Part shown: positions 1 through 22,684 of the stretch, in pieces
How positions within the stretch are numbered: the first letter of the stretch is position 1
Layout of the letters: each line of letters starts with the position of its first letter
Assembly (NCBI RefSeq): GCF_009914755.1
Contig: NC_060935.1
Length of the DNA: 64,000 bases
Reading direction: 5' to 3' (one strand)
From: the human T2T-CHM13v2.0 reference genome, Homo sapiens
The notes under the pieces: generated by a model
What the model was told of the DNA's origin: nothing
The model's input: only the letters and a program-made list of their open reading frames with translations
Database searches by the model: none
Made by a program: the position numbers and the translations under genes

Positions 1-3612
<3,612 letters not shown>

Positions 3613-3686
3613 AAAACAAGTCTTAGTCAGATGGTTTTAATGTCTAATTTTTTTAATCTATTCTAAATAAGAATTCACTTAACATA

Positions 3687-6428
<2,742 letters not shown>

Positions 6429-6739
6429 CCATATATGGATTAATTCCAGTATTAGGTTTCTTAGTGTTAATTCAGGCTAAAGAGTAACAATTAAACAGGA
6501 GTAAAGACTGACATATATGTACTGATGTCAAAATGTGTTATTGATGTAACAATTGGCAATTAAAAAATCATACTGATACTTTGCACCACAGTTGTTTGTG
6601 GGTGAAGAATAATCTTTGTTTGGAACAGAGGCATTTGATAGGTAAATGTCTGATAAATGGTGGATACCAAAGCCTGGGTGTAGATTGGGACAGTGCTTTA
6701 CAGAGGAAAAAAAATTACTGTTCTTCAATGAAAGATGAG

Positions 6740-6890
6740 AAAAGGAGAGTTGAGGTAAGGGAAGGGGAGGAAAAGATAAGAGGATAAAAGAGGAGGAGGG
6801 GGGACAAAAGGGGACAGTAGAGGAGGTGAGAAGGGAGAGGGGGAAGAGGAAGAAGAAAGAAGTTGGATGGAGCACTGGAGGAAGAGAGTC
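6740..6890. repeat. GA-rich low-complexity tract
   Basis: Almost pure purine sequence. Confidence 0.8.
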
Positions 6891-7207
6891 AACAAAGGAC
6901 TTCCTAGAAATGTGCAAGTTATTGTGGGCAGTAAGTGATATGATCAACCCACTGATTCTGTAGAGTCTACGTACTTTGGCTGGTGGAAAATTATGCAAAG
7001 GCTGCATTTCACATCTATGTTGGTGCTGGTTGGTCAGCGATAGCATAGATGAAGATTCTTGAGGCGCAGGGGATTATGGACCACATACATTTTCAGTAAT
7101 TCATAGAAATCTTGGGCATTCCACGTCATGCAACTTGAGCCCAAGGCAACCAAGACCTCAAGGGGCAAGATGGTCTCCAAGTAGCAGCATCCAGGTTATG
7201 TAAAAAT

Positions 7208-7223
7208 ATGTGTGTGTGTATGT

Positions 7224-7258
<35 letters not shown>
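7208..7258. repeat. (TG)n microsatellite
   Basis: Seen directly. Confidence 0.95.
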
Positions 7259-7260
<2 letters not shown>

Positions 7261-8227
7261 GGGGAGAAAGAGAGAGCACATATGGGGAAGAAAAAGAATT
7301 GGAGGATGGAGAGAGAAATCAGTTATGCTTATGAAAAATTCAACTACATTTTTACCTTTAATCCTATAATAGTCACATTTCATGCAAATAAAATATAGAA
7401 TCTCTTTTAGTTCCCTCCCTGCTTCTGGTTGGTAGTTGCATGTACTGCTCAATATCCCTGGCAAGTAACATTCAGTTATAAGAAACTCAATGCCATTGGG
7501 GGAAAGTCCTTTCCATTTGTGAATACTTCTGTGGTTAGGAATTTCTTCACATTGAACTAAACTTTTCATTAAATATGTATTAAGTGTCTACTAAGTGGCA
7601 GGCACTATTTTATGTTCTGAGGATACAAAGTCCTTGCTCTTATCAGACTTATCTTCTAGTGGGTACAAATTCTAGATGAATAAAAGATAACTATGATGCC
7701 AGATGTTTACACTGAAATACACCTAGCTATACTGTACCAGCAAATACTAAGAAGGAAAATAAATAAGTCTCAGTGTAGAAATATGGACTAAAGACATAAA
7801 TTTATAAGCATCCAGCTTATAATTTTCTTCAGATGCTGAGTATAAATGGCAATGAGAAAAGCCCCAGGGCACTCCACTATCAATATTCGGGGCAATGTAG
7901 GGGGACTAGAAAAGCAGCCAGACAGCTGCAAATTCCAACTTCCATTTCTGTCCTCTAGAGTAGAAATGCTTCTTCAGCAAAAAATCAGTTTTTTCCTTTG
8001 AAGATCACCATTCCGCGTTGCATAGTGGAAACTGAGCACTTCTTAACTGTGGTGGGATCAGTTAAGCACTTCCTTCTTACAACTTAAGTGTGATAAAGTG
8101 GCAGTGGGACTGAGGATCTGCTGGAGCTTTCCCAGGTAGAAGTGGCAGCAACAGCAACAACCTGCAGGCACTGGCAGGGCAGAGACTACAAGGCAGCAAC
8201 GCCAGATCAGTGCTAGTGGCAGATGAG

Positions 8228-8460
8228 ACCAGAAACATACACCCGATTGCCATGACAAACATTGTAATGCTGTATTAGCTACTGGAGCTAATTTCTGTAT
8301 CACTGTGTGGACATAAACAGCAACAGAAGTTGGAAGAGAATGGAACCTGCCCCCTGTTGGCTGAGTCCCACCCCAAATGAATGGTGAAATTAGTAATCAT
8401 CCCAGCTGGTATAATACTGAATTGTTTGAATGCTGAAACAATTGTTTCAAATCCAACTCA
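8228..8460 (+). pseudogene. COX7B-like processed pseudogene fragment (5'-truncated second copy)
   Basis: Degenerate QKHTPDCHDKHCNAVLATGANFCITVWT* plus 3'UTR; reverse complement of ~10628-10840. Confidence 0.85.
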
Positions 8461-8599
8461 AACTGTTCACTGAGAGCCACTCAGTGTGCCCTGGGGAAAG
8501 GGGGGAGGAGTGGGGGGAGGGAGTGGGAAGAGGTAGATGGCCAGTAATGGAACTGTACGCACTCTGTACTCCGCGTACCCTGCCCCACCCCAAGCTGGT

Positions 8600-9450
8600 A
8601 TGACTTCAGGTAAACACAAATTATACTATGAATCACATCTCTGCAATTCTATTCTTGAGCTATTTGATGCCCTGATGAGATGCATTTAAACCACAAATCT
8701 CAACTGTTGGGATCTGCTTGAATTCTGAGACTATTATCCAATTTACTGGCTATGAAGCCCAGATTTCTGCTACCTATAAAAATGATGCCCAGTGTCCTCA
8801 GCCAATCTACTCTTAATCATATTACTAAACATTAAGGAGAGATTTGATATCAGGCCCTGAGGCATCACGTCTTCAGAGACATTGTCCAAATCTTCTGCAG
8901 GGAGAAAAGAATCTGTTTAACAAATATCAAGTTGGATTGAACATCAGATGCAATGTGATACTATCATTCAACGTGTTTGTGTCTATTTTACCACAAAAAT
9001 ATTGTGAGAGACTTGCCAAGTGTTTTAATGAAATTCAAACATCTGCAGCCTTACCACCAGTCTCATCGGCTTATCAAAACAGGAAGTGGGTGTGTCGGGC
9101 CCAAATTATTTCATTTGAATGCAAGTTATCACCTGGCAATCCCTACTTCGTTATCTAAAAGTTCACATGGCACTCTGACAAATTCATACTAGGATCTTGC
9201 TTAAGATGGTTATCAAATGCATTCAGTCTAAATTGTCTGCAGAATCTTCTTTCTTCTCCTTTTTGAAAATTAGAATATTGGCTCATTTTCAGTTCTTCCA
9301 CTATCTTGTGGGATTTTCAAAAATAATAACGTCTGTGCTTAAGTAATATCTTCTGCAATGTTTTTGAAAGTCTTTGTCCAAGACAAGAAAGAATTACCTA
9401 GAACTGCCATTTGCTTTGTAATAGCCTCCTCCTTAATCTTGACCTCTGTT
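8600..9450 (-). mobile_element. CR1/L3 LINE remnant
   Basis: GCCAAGTGTTTTAATGAAATTCAAACA resembles the antisense of the YLDFSKAFD RT motif; highly diverged, boundaries approximate. Confidence 0.5.
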
Positions 9451-10551
9451 TCCTCCTTACTAATGTTTGCCCCATCCTACTCCCCCAACCTTGCAGAGGA
9501 GTCACGCTGGTCTAGGAGAAGCACTAACCAAGTAGCTGCTGCTAGAGGAAGGAACCAAAAAAGCTGAAGCCAGAACACGATAGTCTGATTTAATTGAGAA
9601 CAGTGAGGGTCAATGAGTCTGAGCTAACGTCCACCAGAAGGGTCGAGAGTCAATTCACAGCAAACAGTGAGAAGATAAAAGTCAGGATTCAAAAGCAAGC
9701 CAGGACCAGTCATGTATGGTACAAAGCTGTTGTATTAAATATGATAGCTACTAGCCACATGGGTGTTTCAGCACTTGAAATGTGGCTAGCACCACTGAGA
9801 AAATAAATTTTTAATTTCAGTTTAATTTTTATTTATATTTAAATTAAAATTGAACCAATGTAAGATATTTTTGCATTAATACAACTCCATTGGTTTGATA
9901 GGGCTACATTTCACTTTTACTGTTGCATCATGTAAAATGTCATTGTGACATTGTTCTGTGCATTATGCACACATGTGTCATATCATATAAACACTTACCA
10001 GTCTAGTTGGTGTCCACAAAATTATTTAAGTGATTTTTCCTATGCACCCATGTAACATTGTAACATGATTATTTGAATGTTTTATGCAGGTTGCACTAGT
10101 TAAATTGATACCTATATACATTGTAATTGGTAATTAAGTAAAAATGCTTATATTATAACAGAATTATATTTTGTTCTAATTTTAAAAGCAAGTATGGGAA
10201 AAAATTTAAGTTTAAAGCTAAGATATACTAGTGATGTAGAATAAAATGGTGATGCAGAGCCTACCAGTACTACAACTAGAACAGAAAAGAAAAAAAAAAA
10301 GACTGGAAGAAGATATGTCTTGAATTTTGCAATGAATGGAAATTGCAATTTGTTGTGGCAGAGCGAAACAAAAAAGCTGTTTGCTTGTTGTATACAAACT
10401 TTTAAAAGATATTAAAGTAGACAATATTAGAGATATTTTCAGACACTACATAGCAAATTTGATGTTTCCTTTCAACAGTCAAAAAATAATTGAAAAGAAT
10501 AGATTTAGTCACCTGAAATCTGAAATAAATCTCTAACAAAAAATATTTTTG

Positions 10552-11322
<771 letters not shown>

Positions 11323-11999
11323 TAACAGGATCTGGGCTTGTAACTTTAGGTGGTGATTAAATGGCTTGGATTCTGGCATACAAAAAAAACCCATGGTGAC
11401 ATGGTAAAATACATTATTATTGTAGTTATGGAAATTTAGTTAGAAAATTATTAGGAAAACAGTAAAAATGATATTTCACAAAAAGTAAAATATTTTAAAT
11501 TATGCCACCAAACAGTTGCCCATAGCCTACAAGCCCCTTTTAAGAATATCAAAGATAATTGATTAAAATTTTGAAAAATTGCAAGTACTTTACCTTTAGA
11601 TAAGTCATGCCCAATTAATATTTTGGATATGTTTCATCTCAAAGAACTTCCAAATTTATGAAATGTTGCCAACATGTAAAACTAAAAGGTCAAACTCATG
11701 GTATAGAAATATTTGAACCTTTAATATTGTCAAAGAAGAGTTTCAGCTAGATATGAATTTAGGAAATTTTAAAACAAAAGATTGATGTGTCCCTTTCTTT
11801 CTTTCATCATAAATACATACTGAAAACATTTGTGCTCAGTGTTCTGAATCAGGCTCATGGAAAGCGTAGTGGATACAGTTATGAAAGTTGCGCAACATAT
11901 GCATGCAAATGCTATGGATCGGTGCCAGTTTACGGAATTGCGGAAAGAAGTAGAAGACACTGACTTGAATGATCTTGTGTTGTTTTCCAATGTTTGCCC

Positions 12000-12884
<885 letters not shown>

Positions 12885-13546
12885 ATAGTCCTAAATAGAA
12901 AAGTGAATATCACAAAGCTTCTAAAAGAAAATATAGAAGAAAATCTTCATAATCTTGGGATAGGCAAAGCGTTCTTAAACATGATATAAAACACACTGAA
13001 CTTAAAAATATTATAAGTTGGACTTCATGGAATTAAAATATTCTACTTATCAAAAGAAACTATTAATGAAGCGTAAAGACAAGCTACAAATGGGGAGAAA
13101 CTGTTCACAGTGCACATGTCAATGACAGGACTCAACCCAGGGTATATAAGGAATTCCCTGAAGTCAATCAATTCAATTTAAAAATTGGAGGAAGATTTGA
13201 ACAGGCACCTCACAAAATATGATATCTAAAGTGTCGAGAAGCATATGGAAATATAGTCAACATCATTAATCAACAGGGATAGAAAAAAGCATAATGGGAT
13301 GCCACCACATACCCAAAAGAAGAGCTAAACTTAAAAAGGCTCACAATACTAAGCCTTGGGAAAGATGTGTAGCAACTAGAACTCTTATACACTGCTGGTG
13401 AGAGTGTAAAATGGTGCAAAGACTTTGTAAAACTTTCGGCAATTTCTAATAAAAATAAAACATACACCTACCCAATGGCAATTCCGTATCCAGGTATTTA
13501 GCCAACAGGAAGAATTCATAGGTTCACCAAAAGAAAAACTAAAATG

Positions 13547-13691
13547 GGCTGGGCACAATGGCTGGGCACACCTGTAATCCTAGTACTTTGGGAGGCTGAG
13601 TTGGGCGGATCACTTGAGCTTGAGCTCAGAAGTTTGAGACCAGCCTGGACAACATAGTGAGACCTCATCTATATTATTAAAGAAAAAAAAA
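13547..13691 (+). mobile_element. FLAM / Alu left monomer
   Basis: Monomer with A-tail; TSD-like CTAAAATG. Confidence 0.85.
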
Positions 13692-13713
13692 TCTAAAATG
13701 TTTATAGGTTCTG

Positions 13714-14022
<309 letters not shown>

Positions 14023-14025
14023 TCA

Positions 14026-14381
<356 letters not shown>

Positions 14382-15344
14382 AAAAGAAACTATGGTATAT
14401 TTATACAGTGGAATACTACTATGCAATAAAAAGAACAAATTACTGATACATGTTACAATATTGATGAAACTAAGAAATATGTTGAGTGAAGGAAGCCAGT
14501 ATGAGTACACATCATATGATTTCATTTGTATGAAGTTCAAGGACAAACAAATGAGATCTAGGGTGATAAATCATAATAGTGATTGTGGGAGGGGGAGGGG
14601 TGGTGGGGGCATTATAGCTTGGTACTGACTGCAAAAGAGCATGAAAGAATTTTCTGAGGTAATGGAAGGTGTTCTTGATCTTGATCTGGTTGATAGTTAA
14701 CTGAGTACATTCATTTGTCAAAATCATAAAGCTATACGCTTTTAATATCTGTGTACTTTACATGATATAAATTATATTTTATTAGAGTACTATCACTATA
14801 AAATAAAGTAAGCCACCATTTATGAGGGGTAAACTTCATTATCTTGACTAAAGCTTTACATTAGAGGAGGTTTCTTTGTAAATTTGATCTTCGTTAGCAC
14901 TTATTCAAGGCTGGTGTAATTGTATTTTATTTGCAAGATGTTAGAAAGTTATCAACAGACCAGGAAATTGTCAACATTTACAAGGACTCTCAGATTTGCT
15001 TTGGAATTAGAACAGTATGTTCCCTGTAAGATTTCACTTTCACTTTCAGTTCTAGATTCCTGGGTTTCTTTATACATAAAAATCTAAAAACTTACAGTGA
15101 AAAAGCATTAGGCTACAACTAAAGTTGTTACAACATTATGCGAAATTCCCTCCAGAGAAAAAATATTTTTAATAATAATTCCCCCAAGGGAAAAATACTT
15201 TTAAATTGATTATTTGATAATAGGATATTGAGAGCATACCGCTCTCAGGAATTGTCAGAGTTCTGAGCCAGGAATGGGATGAAAAACTCTGTCATTCATA
15301 CCTTGCTCATACACTGACAGTAGAAAAAAACTGGAAAACCAAGA

Positions 15345-15676
15345 GGCCAAGTGTGGTGGCTCATGTCTATAATCCCAGCACTTTGGGAGGTCAAGGCAGA
15401 TAGATGACTTGAGCCCAAGAGGCCAGCCAGGGCAACATCGCAAGGCTCTGTCTCTATAAAAAATACAAAAATTAGCCAAGCATGGTAGCCCGTGACTGTA
15501 GTCAGAACTACTCAGGAGGCTGAGATGGGAGGATTGATTGAGCCCAGTAGGTTGAGGTTATAGTGAGCTGAGATTGTGCCACCGCATTTCAGCCTGGGTG
15601 ACATTTCAGCCTGAGAACAAGGCTCTGTCTCAAAAAAATAAAAATGAGAAAACAACAACAAAAAAACCACAAACAA
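15345..15676 (+). mobile_element. AluJ
   Basis: Diverged Alu with A-rich tail. Confidence 0.88.
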
Positions 15677-15839
15677 ACCTAGAAAACTGAAGATAGTAAT
15701 GGCTATACAGTTTGTGTCTAGCTTTCACTTTCCTCAAAGGTTTCCTTGTGTATTTCTGTCGTGAAAAGAGTATTTGGAGCTTGGAATTCACTGGCTTGGA
15801 AGAAAATAAGAGTATTTGGAGAGAAAATATATTTAGGCT

Positions 15840-15916
15840 GTGCTTGCTTTGGCAGCACATATACTAAAATTGGAACCCTACCAAGAAGATTAGCATGCCC
15901 CCTGCACAAGGATAAC
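15840..15916 (+). pseudogene. U6 snRNA pseudogene, 3'-truncated (~77 nt)
   Basis: GTGCTTGCTTTGGCAGCACATATACTAAAATTGGAAC...GAAGATTAGCATG.CCCCTGC.CAAGGAT matches the U6 5' part; the ACAGAGA box is mutated. Confidence 0.9.
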
Positions 15917-16337
15917 AGCTGGATGTTGAAAGGAAAAGAGGAGTTTTTTTAATAAAGTATGTGAGATATACAAAGAGTTAGAAAGAAAATGCAAGGTAGG
16001 TTACACCATTAAAGATGTGGATGCAGGTTTAGAATAGAGAAAGCCCAAGTGGATAGTTTGGATAGATTGGCTCTATTTTTGTTAGTCAGTAAACAAAGGT
16101 TTACTGAGCACCTTTGAGCAGACACTCTACTAGTACTAGAATAATGCAGTGAACAAATATATACAGTGCTTGCCCATACACATTTATCTAGGGAAACCAT
16201 TTTTTTTTTAATTGTGCAAAATGTTGCAAAGCAGACATGTTAATTTGCTTCCAACCTACTAGGCCTGACCCTAGCTCTCATGACCAGTTTGAAAAACGCG
16301 AGACTCAGTCAATTCAGGGATTTCTTAAGCCATGGTC

Positions 16338-16650
16338 TTTATTTATTTTTATTTATTTACTTTTTTGGCAATGGATTCTTGCTCTCTCTCCCAGGCTGGA
16401 GTGCAGTAGCGAGATCTCAGCTCACTGTAACCTCTGCCTCCCCGGGTTCAAGCAATTCTCCTGCCTCAGCCTCCCAAGTAGCTGGGATTACAGGCACCTG
16501 CCACCATGACCCGCTTATCTTTGTATTTTTAGTAGAAATGGGGTTTTGCCATGTTGACCAGGCTGGTCTCGAACTCCTGACCTCCGGTGATCCACACACC
16601 TCAGCCTCCCAAAGTGCTGGGATTACAGGTGTGAGCCAATGTGCCTGGCC
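16338..16650 (-). mobile_element. AluSx-like
   Basis: Full-length Alu. Confidence 0.92.
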
Positions 16651-17010
16651 AGCCATAGTTTTTAAACTGGGGTAAGTGTGCCCCTGGGTGTTTACAAAGA
16701 CTTACCAACAGGGAGGTGGGAGCTCAAATAGTTTTAAGGAATTAATAGTCTCACTCTCAACTTCCATATGTAGCTTCTCCCAAAACTGATCTGCTTGAAA
16801 ACAAGAACTGTGAAGGTTGCCAGGGTTGTTCTGTCTTCTCATCTCCCTTTTCACAATGGTTCTCTGTCTTCCCTTAAAAGACAGGCTCACCTCTCACCTA
16901 TCATGAGTTTTAAAATCGTATATTTCTCTGGGTGTAGAAACCTCCTGGATGATTTGAAATAATCGATCTGTATTAGTGTTGAGAAAATGAATGACTCTAA
17001 TATCTGGATA

Positions 17011-17203
17011 TAGGGTTGCCAGGTAAAATACAGAACACCAAACTGAATCTAAATTTCAGATAACTAATGAATAACTTATTAGTATAGCTAGGTGCCAAAT
17101 ATTGCACAATACATTCTTATACTGGAAATGCATTCATTGTTTATATTAAACCAAAATTTAACTAGGTGTTCTCTGTTTTAATTTGCTAACTCTGTCAACT
17201 GTA
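17011..17203. mobile_element. MER53 (hAT MITE)
   Basis: TAGGGTTGCCAG...CTGTCAACTGTA termini; perfect 8-bp TSD TCTGGATA (17003-17010 and 17204-17211). Confidence 0.88.
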
Positions 17204-17652
17204 TCTGGATACCAAAAGTTCAGTGGTTTCTAAACCACCAATTTCAACAAAATTGAGTTGTCTACTGATAAGTAATTACATATTTTGATTAGAGATCACT
17301 AAATGATTTTTGGAATATAAAACATATTTTTTAAATTGTGAAAAAATTGCCATAATAATGTTTCTTCTGGGCCTATCTACTTATCTACTTACTTCTGTGA
17401 AATAAGGTTTACAACATTTATGTCTGTAGAAATGAAAAAAGGAACAGAATCTGTGCTGAACCCTAACATATTATAGCTATAGGTAATATTCATGACTGCA
17501 CACTTGAAAAACTTGCTTAAAATACAAGCTGCCACCCCCTTAAATTGTATTTGTAATGCAGTTATTAACATTTACGATATTTTTATATTGTATTGACCAA
17601 TTATGCTTTAAAAGTAATGAAAACAATATCAATGATAATGTAATCAAAGAGG

Positions 17653-17972
<320 letters not shown>

Positions 17973-19403
17973 TAACACTTAGATCCTTATGATCCCAGAG
18001 AAAAAAATAGATTTCAAGTTCTAATATGTATTTGTTTCAGAGATATGTGACAGAGAGATGATAAAAGATGTTCAGTACAAACATGTATTAACATTCTGTA
18101 GGGGAATTGGAATGTTCAATGACAAAAGGCAATGATAAAATATTTTCAGTTATTAAAGATGACCTGATAATTGCTTCATGGATGATCATGTATGTCAAAT
18201 TACTATGGTATTAGGATCCATCAAATACATTTAAAAGAGTGCTCTATCAATTTTTTCTGAAAATATCTATGTTTACATTTTGTAGATTCTTGACATGTAC
18301 AAGAGCTTTATGTTTTAATGTTAAGTTAAAAATGGGCAAGGGAATGCAGAGCTTTTCAAAATTCTTCTGGTGAGTACATAATCAAAAATGTGTAAGGCCT
18401 GCAAATTATTTTCAATAATCTCAGGAGTGAGTTGAAAATGGCTTAGAAAGTCTTGATTGAAGCAGACTCAAATGTGGATTAAAATCTCCATATGATAAAT
18501 ACACTTAGTCTTTCTGAAATAATTCCAACTGGAACTTCAGCTGCTATGGACAGCCAAGTCCACCTAAACAAGAGGATGCCTCAGCTCAGTCCAATTGCGT
18601 GCAGAATGCACTGGATGCTGTTTCCACAGAACGATGAAGTCTCCAATAATCTTTATGGGCTCTGTCTCTGGTTGGTAATTGTCTTTGATCTACTGGAAGA
18701 TAGAAAATCAGATGAGCTCTCCAAATCCATCTGTTACCCTGGTACGGATGGCTCTCAGATAAAGTTGCTTAAATTTACTGCTTAGAGAACGTTGAGGGAA
18801 ATATGGCAGTGCAATTAGACTCAAAGATGTCAGGTTTCCCTGAGAATGGCACTGCAACTCAGAAACCTGCCCTGTGAGATCAAAGGCTATAAAGGAGGGA
18901 TTTTTTTAAGTAGCCAACTCCACCCTACTTATTAAAAAAAAAAAAAAAACAACTCACCAAACCAAACAAAAAGTATTTCAATACAGAAAATTAACAAAGC
19001 AATTTCAATCTTTAAAATGGTAAAAATAAACTGCAAAGGAGAACTGCATGATTTTTTTCACATACCCCTACATTTCCTTTCACCTCTTACTTTCTTGATC
19101 AGAACAAAAAGTAAAAATAAATAGAAATATTTCACAAAGTTTCGATTTTTTTTTTTTTAAATGCTGGACTTCTGCAGCTATAGTAGAAGATTGAAAAACC
19201 TAACCTTTTTACGTGTAAAGTGTATGGCGGATGGAGGGTGGAGAACAGGGCATATTGACCTTTTCCAGGCAGGCTAAGCAATGATCGTCCTCTCTATATG
19301 GGTTGTTATCAAGATTTCCTCTGACCCACGAGCAATGAAGCAAATGTCTTTCAGTAAATGCCGCGAAGATATGCCACGGTTAAGAGTCATGCTTTTGGGT
19401 CAT

Positions 19404-19477
19404 GGAAATCCCCGAGTGGGTTTGCCAGGCCACTGATTAAGAGGAAGTGTGTGTGGTTATTACCGCTGGAGTTCCCC
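19404..19477 (+). promoter_or_regulatory. BIRC3: BIRC3 promoter NF-kB module: GGAAATCCCC (19404-19413) and GGAGTTCCCC (19468-19477)
   Basis: Both fit the kB consensus on the minus strand; BIRC3 is an established NF-kB target gene. Confidence 0.85.
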
Positions 19478-19564
19478 TAAGTCCTAAAAGGAAAGCACCA
19501 GTGCACATGCAAACCACTGGGAGGAGTGCGGAACGCCTGGTACAGATAGGGGTGGGGATTTGGG

Positions 19565-19578
19565 TGACGCATTTAAAA
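19565..19578 (+). promoter_or_regulatory. BIRC3: CRE-like TGACGCA followed by TATA-like TTTAAAA
   Basis: Motifs lie immediately upstream of or at exon 1. Confidence 0.6.
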
Positions 19579-19599
19579 GACAGCGTGAGACTCGCGCCC

Positions 19600-19690
19600 T
19601 CCGGCACGGAAAAGGCCAGGCGACAGGTGTCGCTTGAAAAGACTGGGCTTGTCCTTGCTGGTGCATGCGTCGTCGGCCTCTGGGCAGCAG
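19600..19690 (+). other. BIRC3: BIRC3 exon 1 (non-coding; TSS approximate)
   Basis: CpG-rich segment ending at donor CAG|GTGGGC. Confidence 0.8.
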
Positions 19691-19707
19691 GTGGGCAAGG
19701 AAGGCTG

Positions 19708-19763
19708 GTGTGTGTGTGTGTGTGTGTGCGTGTGTGTGTGTGTATGTGTGCGCGCGCGCGCGC
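19708..19763. repeat. (TG)n/(CG)n alternating purine-pyrimidine tract
   Basis: 56 bp of unbroken RY alternation. Confidence 0.95.
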
Positions 19764-20269
19764 CTCCCCTGGTGTAAGAGATGTGCCAGCGGCTGGCCGA
19801 GGGGCGCTTAGGGCTAGAGCCCGGGGCGCTGCAGAGGTTGAGAGTCAGTGGGTGGGGCGCAGTTATCAAACACCAGGGCCCAAAAGCAGGCTCTAGATAG
19901 GTTCCAGGTGCTCAATTTCTATTTCACGTTTGGAGTGAGCCAGTGGAATTGTGAAGTTGTGGCATTTTGATTCGGTTGCCAAGAGTTATCACTGGGCCTT
20001 TGCAGGTGCCAAATAAATTTCAGGACAGAGCCTAAGGCAGAGCTCTGGCACAGGAAGGAAGTAAAACGTTTAATGAGCAAATGGACGCATGTTTCCAAGC
20101 GGTGGTAGGAAGACAGCAGTTTTTGGTTGTCTTCCTGGTGATCAGCATGGAAACCTAGTAGTGCTCTTACTCTGATCAATACATTGTCGAAGGCATGTAC
20201 CTGATGCTAACGTAACAATAATATTAAATATTGACTTTATTTGCTATTATTTATTGCTAACATTAAGTA

Positions 20270-20500
20270 CTGCTACCTGCTATGTGCTAGGTTTGTCTCT
20301 GAAGACTTTACATGTATTTTTCACGTTTAATTATCATAATCTTAAGAAGCAGGTACCATAATTATCTCCATTTGACAATGAGGAAACTGAGGCTCTTGGA
20401 GATTTACTTGTGCAAGGTCATGCTTCTGGTTACCGGACTGCTTGGTATTGGGCACCCCCGATGTCTGACTCCAAAGCCTGATACTAATCAATCACTGAGC
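20270..20500. mobile_element. MIR
   Basis: ATGAGGAAACTGAGGCT core. Confidence 0.75.
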
Positions 20501-21120
20501 TGACTCTGTGGTCATTAATATAAAATTGATAGAAGTACTGTGGTCACTCAGGTCTCAGTCATTTACTTCTTCAACGGGAAGTCTTCGTGTCTACCCCATA
20601 TACCAAGCTCTGCAGATGCTATGAGTGGGAGGGCAGGTACAGAGATGAAACATATTAATAGTTGCCATTCTAAAAGAGCTTACTGTCTAGCGGGAGGCAG
20701 AAAGAAAAGGCACACTTGCCCTCCAGTGTCAGAAAAATGGATGTGCTGCATGCCCAAAGGGTAGGGATGCCCAACAGCCCTGGGACTGGGGAGGTTGCCT
20801 TCTTGGTAGGTTAAATGAATGAGTCAGAAGAGGAGAGGCTGGGGACTGAGCCAATCTGAGAAGGAACCACTAGAAATGAAAGAAGAATCCCAAGAGCTTG
20901 GTATCAGAGAAGCCCAGGGAATGGGACATTTCTAAGAGGAAGTGTGTCCCAGTGTCAGATGCAAACATTTCCATTGGTTTTAGCAAAAAAGCCATTGGTG
21001 TTATTAACACCGAAAGCAGTTTTAAGTGATGCTGACTTAATGAGTAAATGGGAGAGGGAAAATGGAGACATTAACCATACACACATGTCCAGTTTGCTTG
21101 GCTGTGAAGAGAAGGGGTGA

Positions 21121-21464
<344 letters not shown>

Positions 21465-21995
21465 GAAAGAGAATTTTAAAAATTTCTTTCATTTGAAAGT
21501 TGAGATAGATTTAAGCATGGTTATGTGAAAGGAAAAAGGCCAGTCGAGAGTGACAGGAATGAGAGTTGAAGCAATGAGGGGATGGGATTAAGAACAAGAT
21601 TTCTGAGGCAGTAGGACAGTGTAGGATCCCATAAGGGGGCAAGTCTTTAACTGAGACAGCAAGTAGGTTGTGAGCCAAAACGGCTTGGATATGAGAACGT
21701 GAGAAGGTTCCTGCTCAATGATGTCTCTTTTCTTTGAGAAACAGAAGGCAAAGTAATTGACTGAAAATGAGATGGAGTGCAGTGGAGAAATTTGAGGAAG
21801 GTGTTGAAGGTTTAGAAGAGGTGCATAGGGCATGGGCTAGGGAGCTGAGCCTATTGCTAAGGGATGGCAGAGGAGTCTTAAGTGATGCTGGTCCCAGTCT
21901 GCAGGGTTGCATCTAGGTGTTGGAAATGATTAGGACAGAGGTTGAAGTGATCTAGGGTTGACATCTTGGCATATTTGTGTATATTTATTGTATAG

Positions 21996-22287
<292 letters not shown>

Positions 22288-22390
22288 TAAAGCTTCTTTA
22301 GGATAAGATTTGTGTAAGGGGTTTGCAAACTCAAATGGAGGTGATATAAATGAGAAAAACTCTCAGTGTCTCTCTTTCTCTCTCTCTCTC

Positions 22391-22684
22391 TTTTTTTGAG
22401 ACAGGGTCTTGCTCTGTCACCCAGTTTGGAGTGCAGTTATGCAGTCTCACACTGCAAGCTCTGCCTCATGGGCTCAAGTGAACCTCCTGCCTCAGCCTCT
22501 CAAGTAGCTGGGACCACAGGCAGGTGCCACCATGTCTGGCTAATTTTTGAGTTTCTTTGTAGAGATGGTGTTTTGCCAAGTCACCCAGTTTGAGGCTGGT
22601 CTCAAACACCTGGGCTCAAGCAATCCATCTACCTCAGCCTCCCAAAGTGCTGGGATTACAGGAGTGAGCCATGGCATGAGGCCT
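22391..22684 (-). mobile_element. AluJ
   Basis: Diverged full-length Alu. Confidence 0.88.

Noticed and set aside
6528-7569. 172-aa and 147-aa minus-strand ORFs
   Set aside because: They run through GA-rich and (TG)n low-complexity sequence and show no homology I can recognise.
8036-8072. Small inverted repeat CTTAACTG...CAGTTAAG
   Set aside because: An 8-bp stem is compatible with chance; no supporting context.
8493-8530. G-rich potential G-quadruplex
   Set aside because: Intergenic and not tied to a promoter or transcript; such motifs are common.
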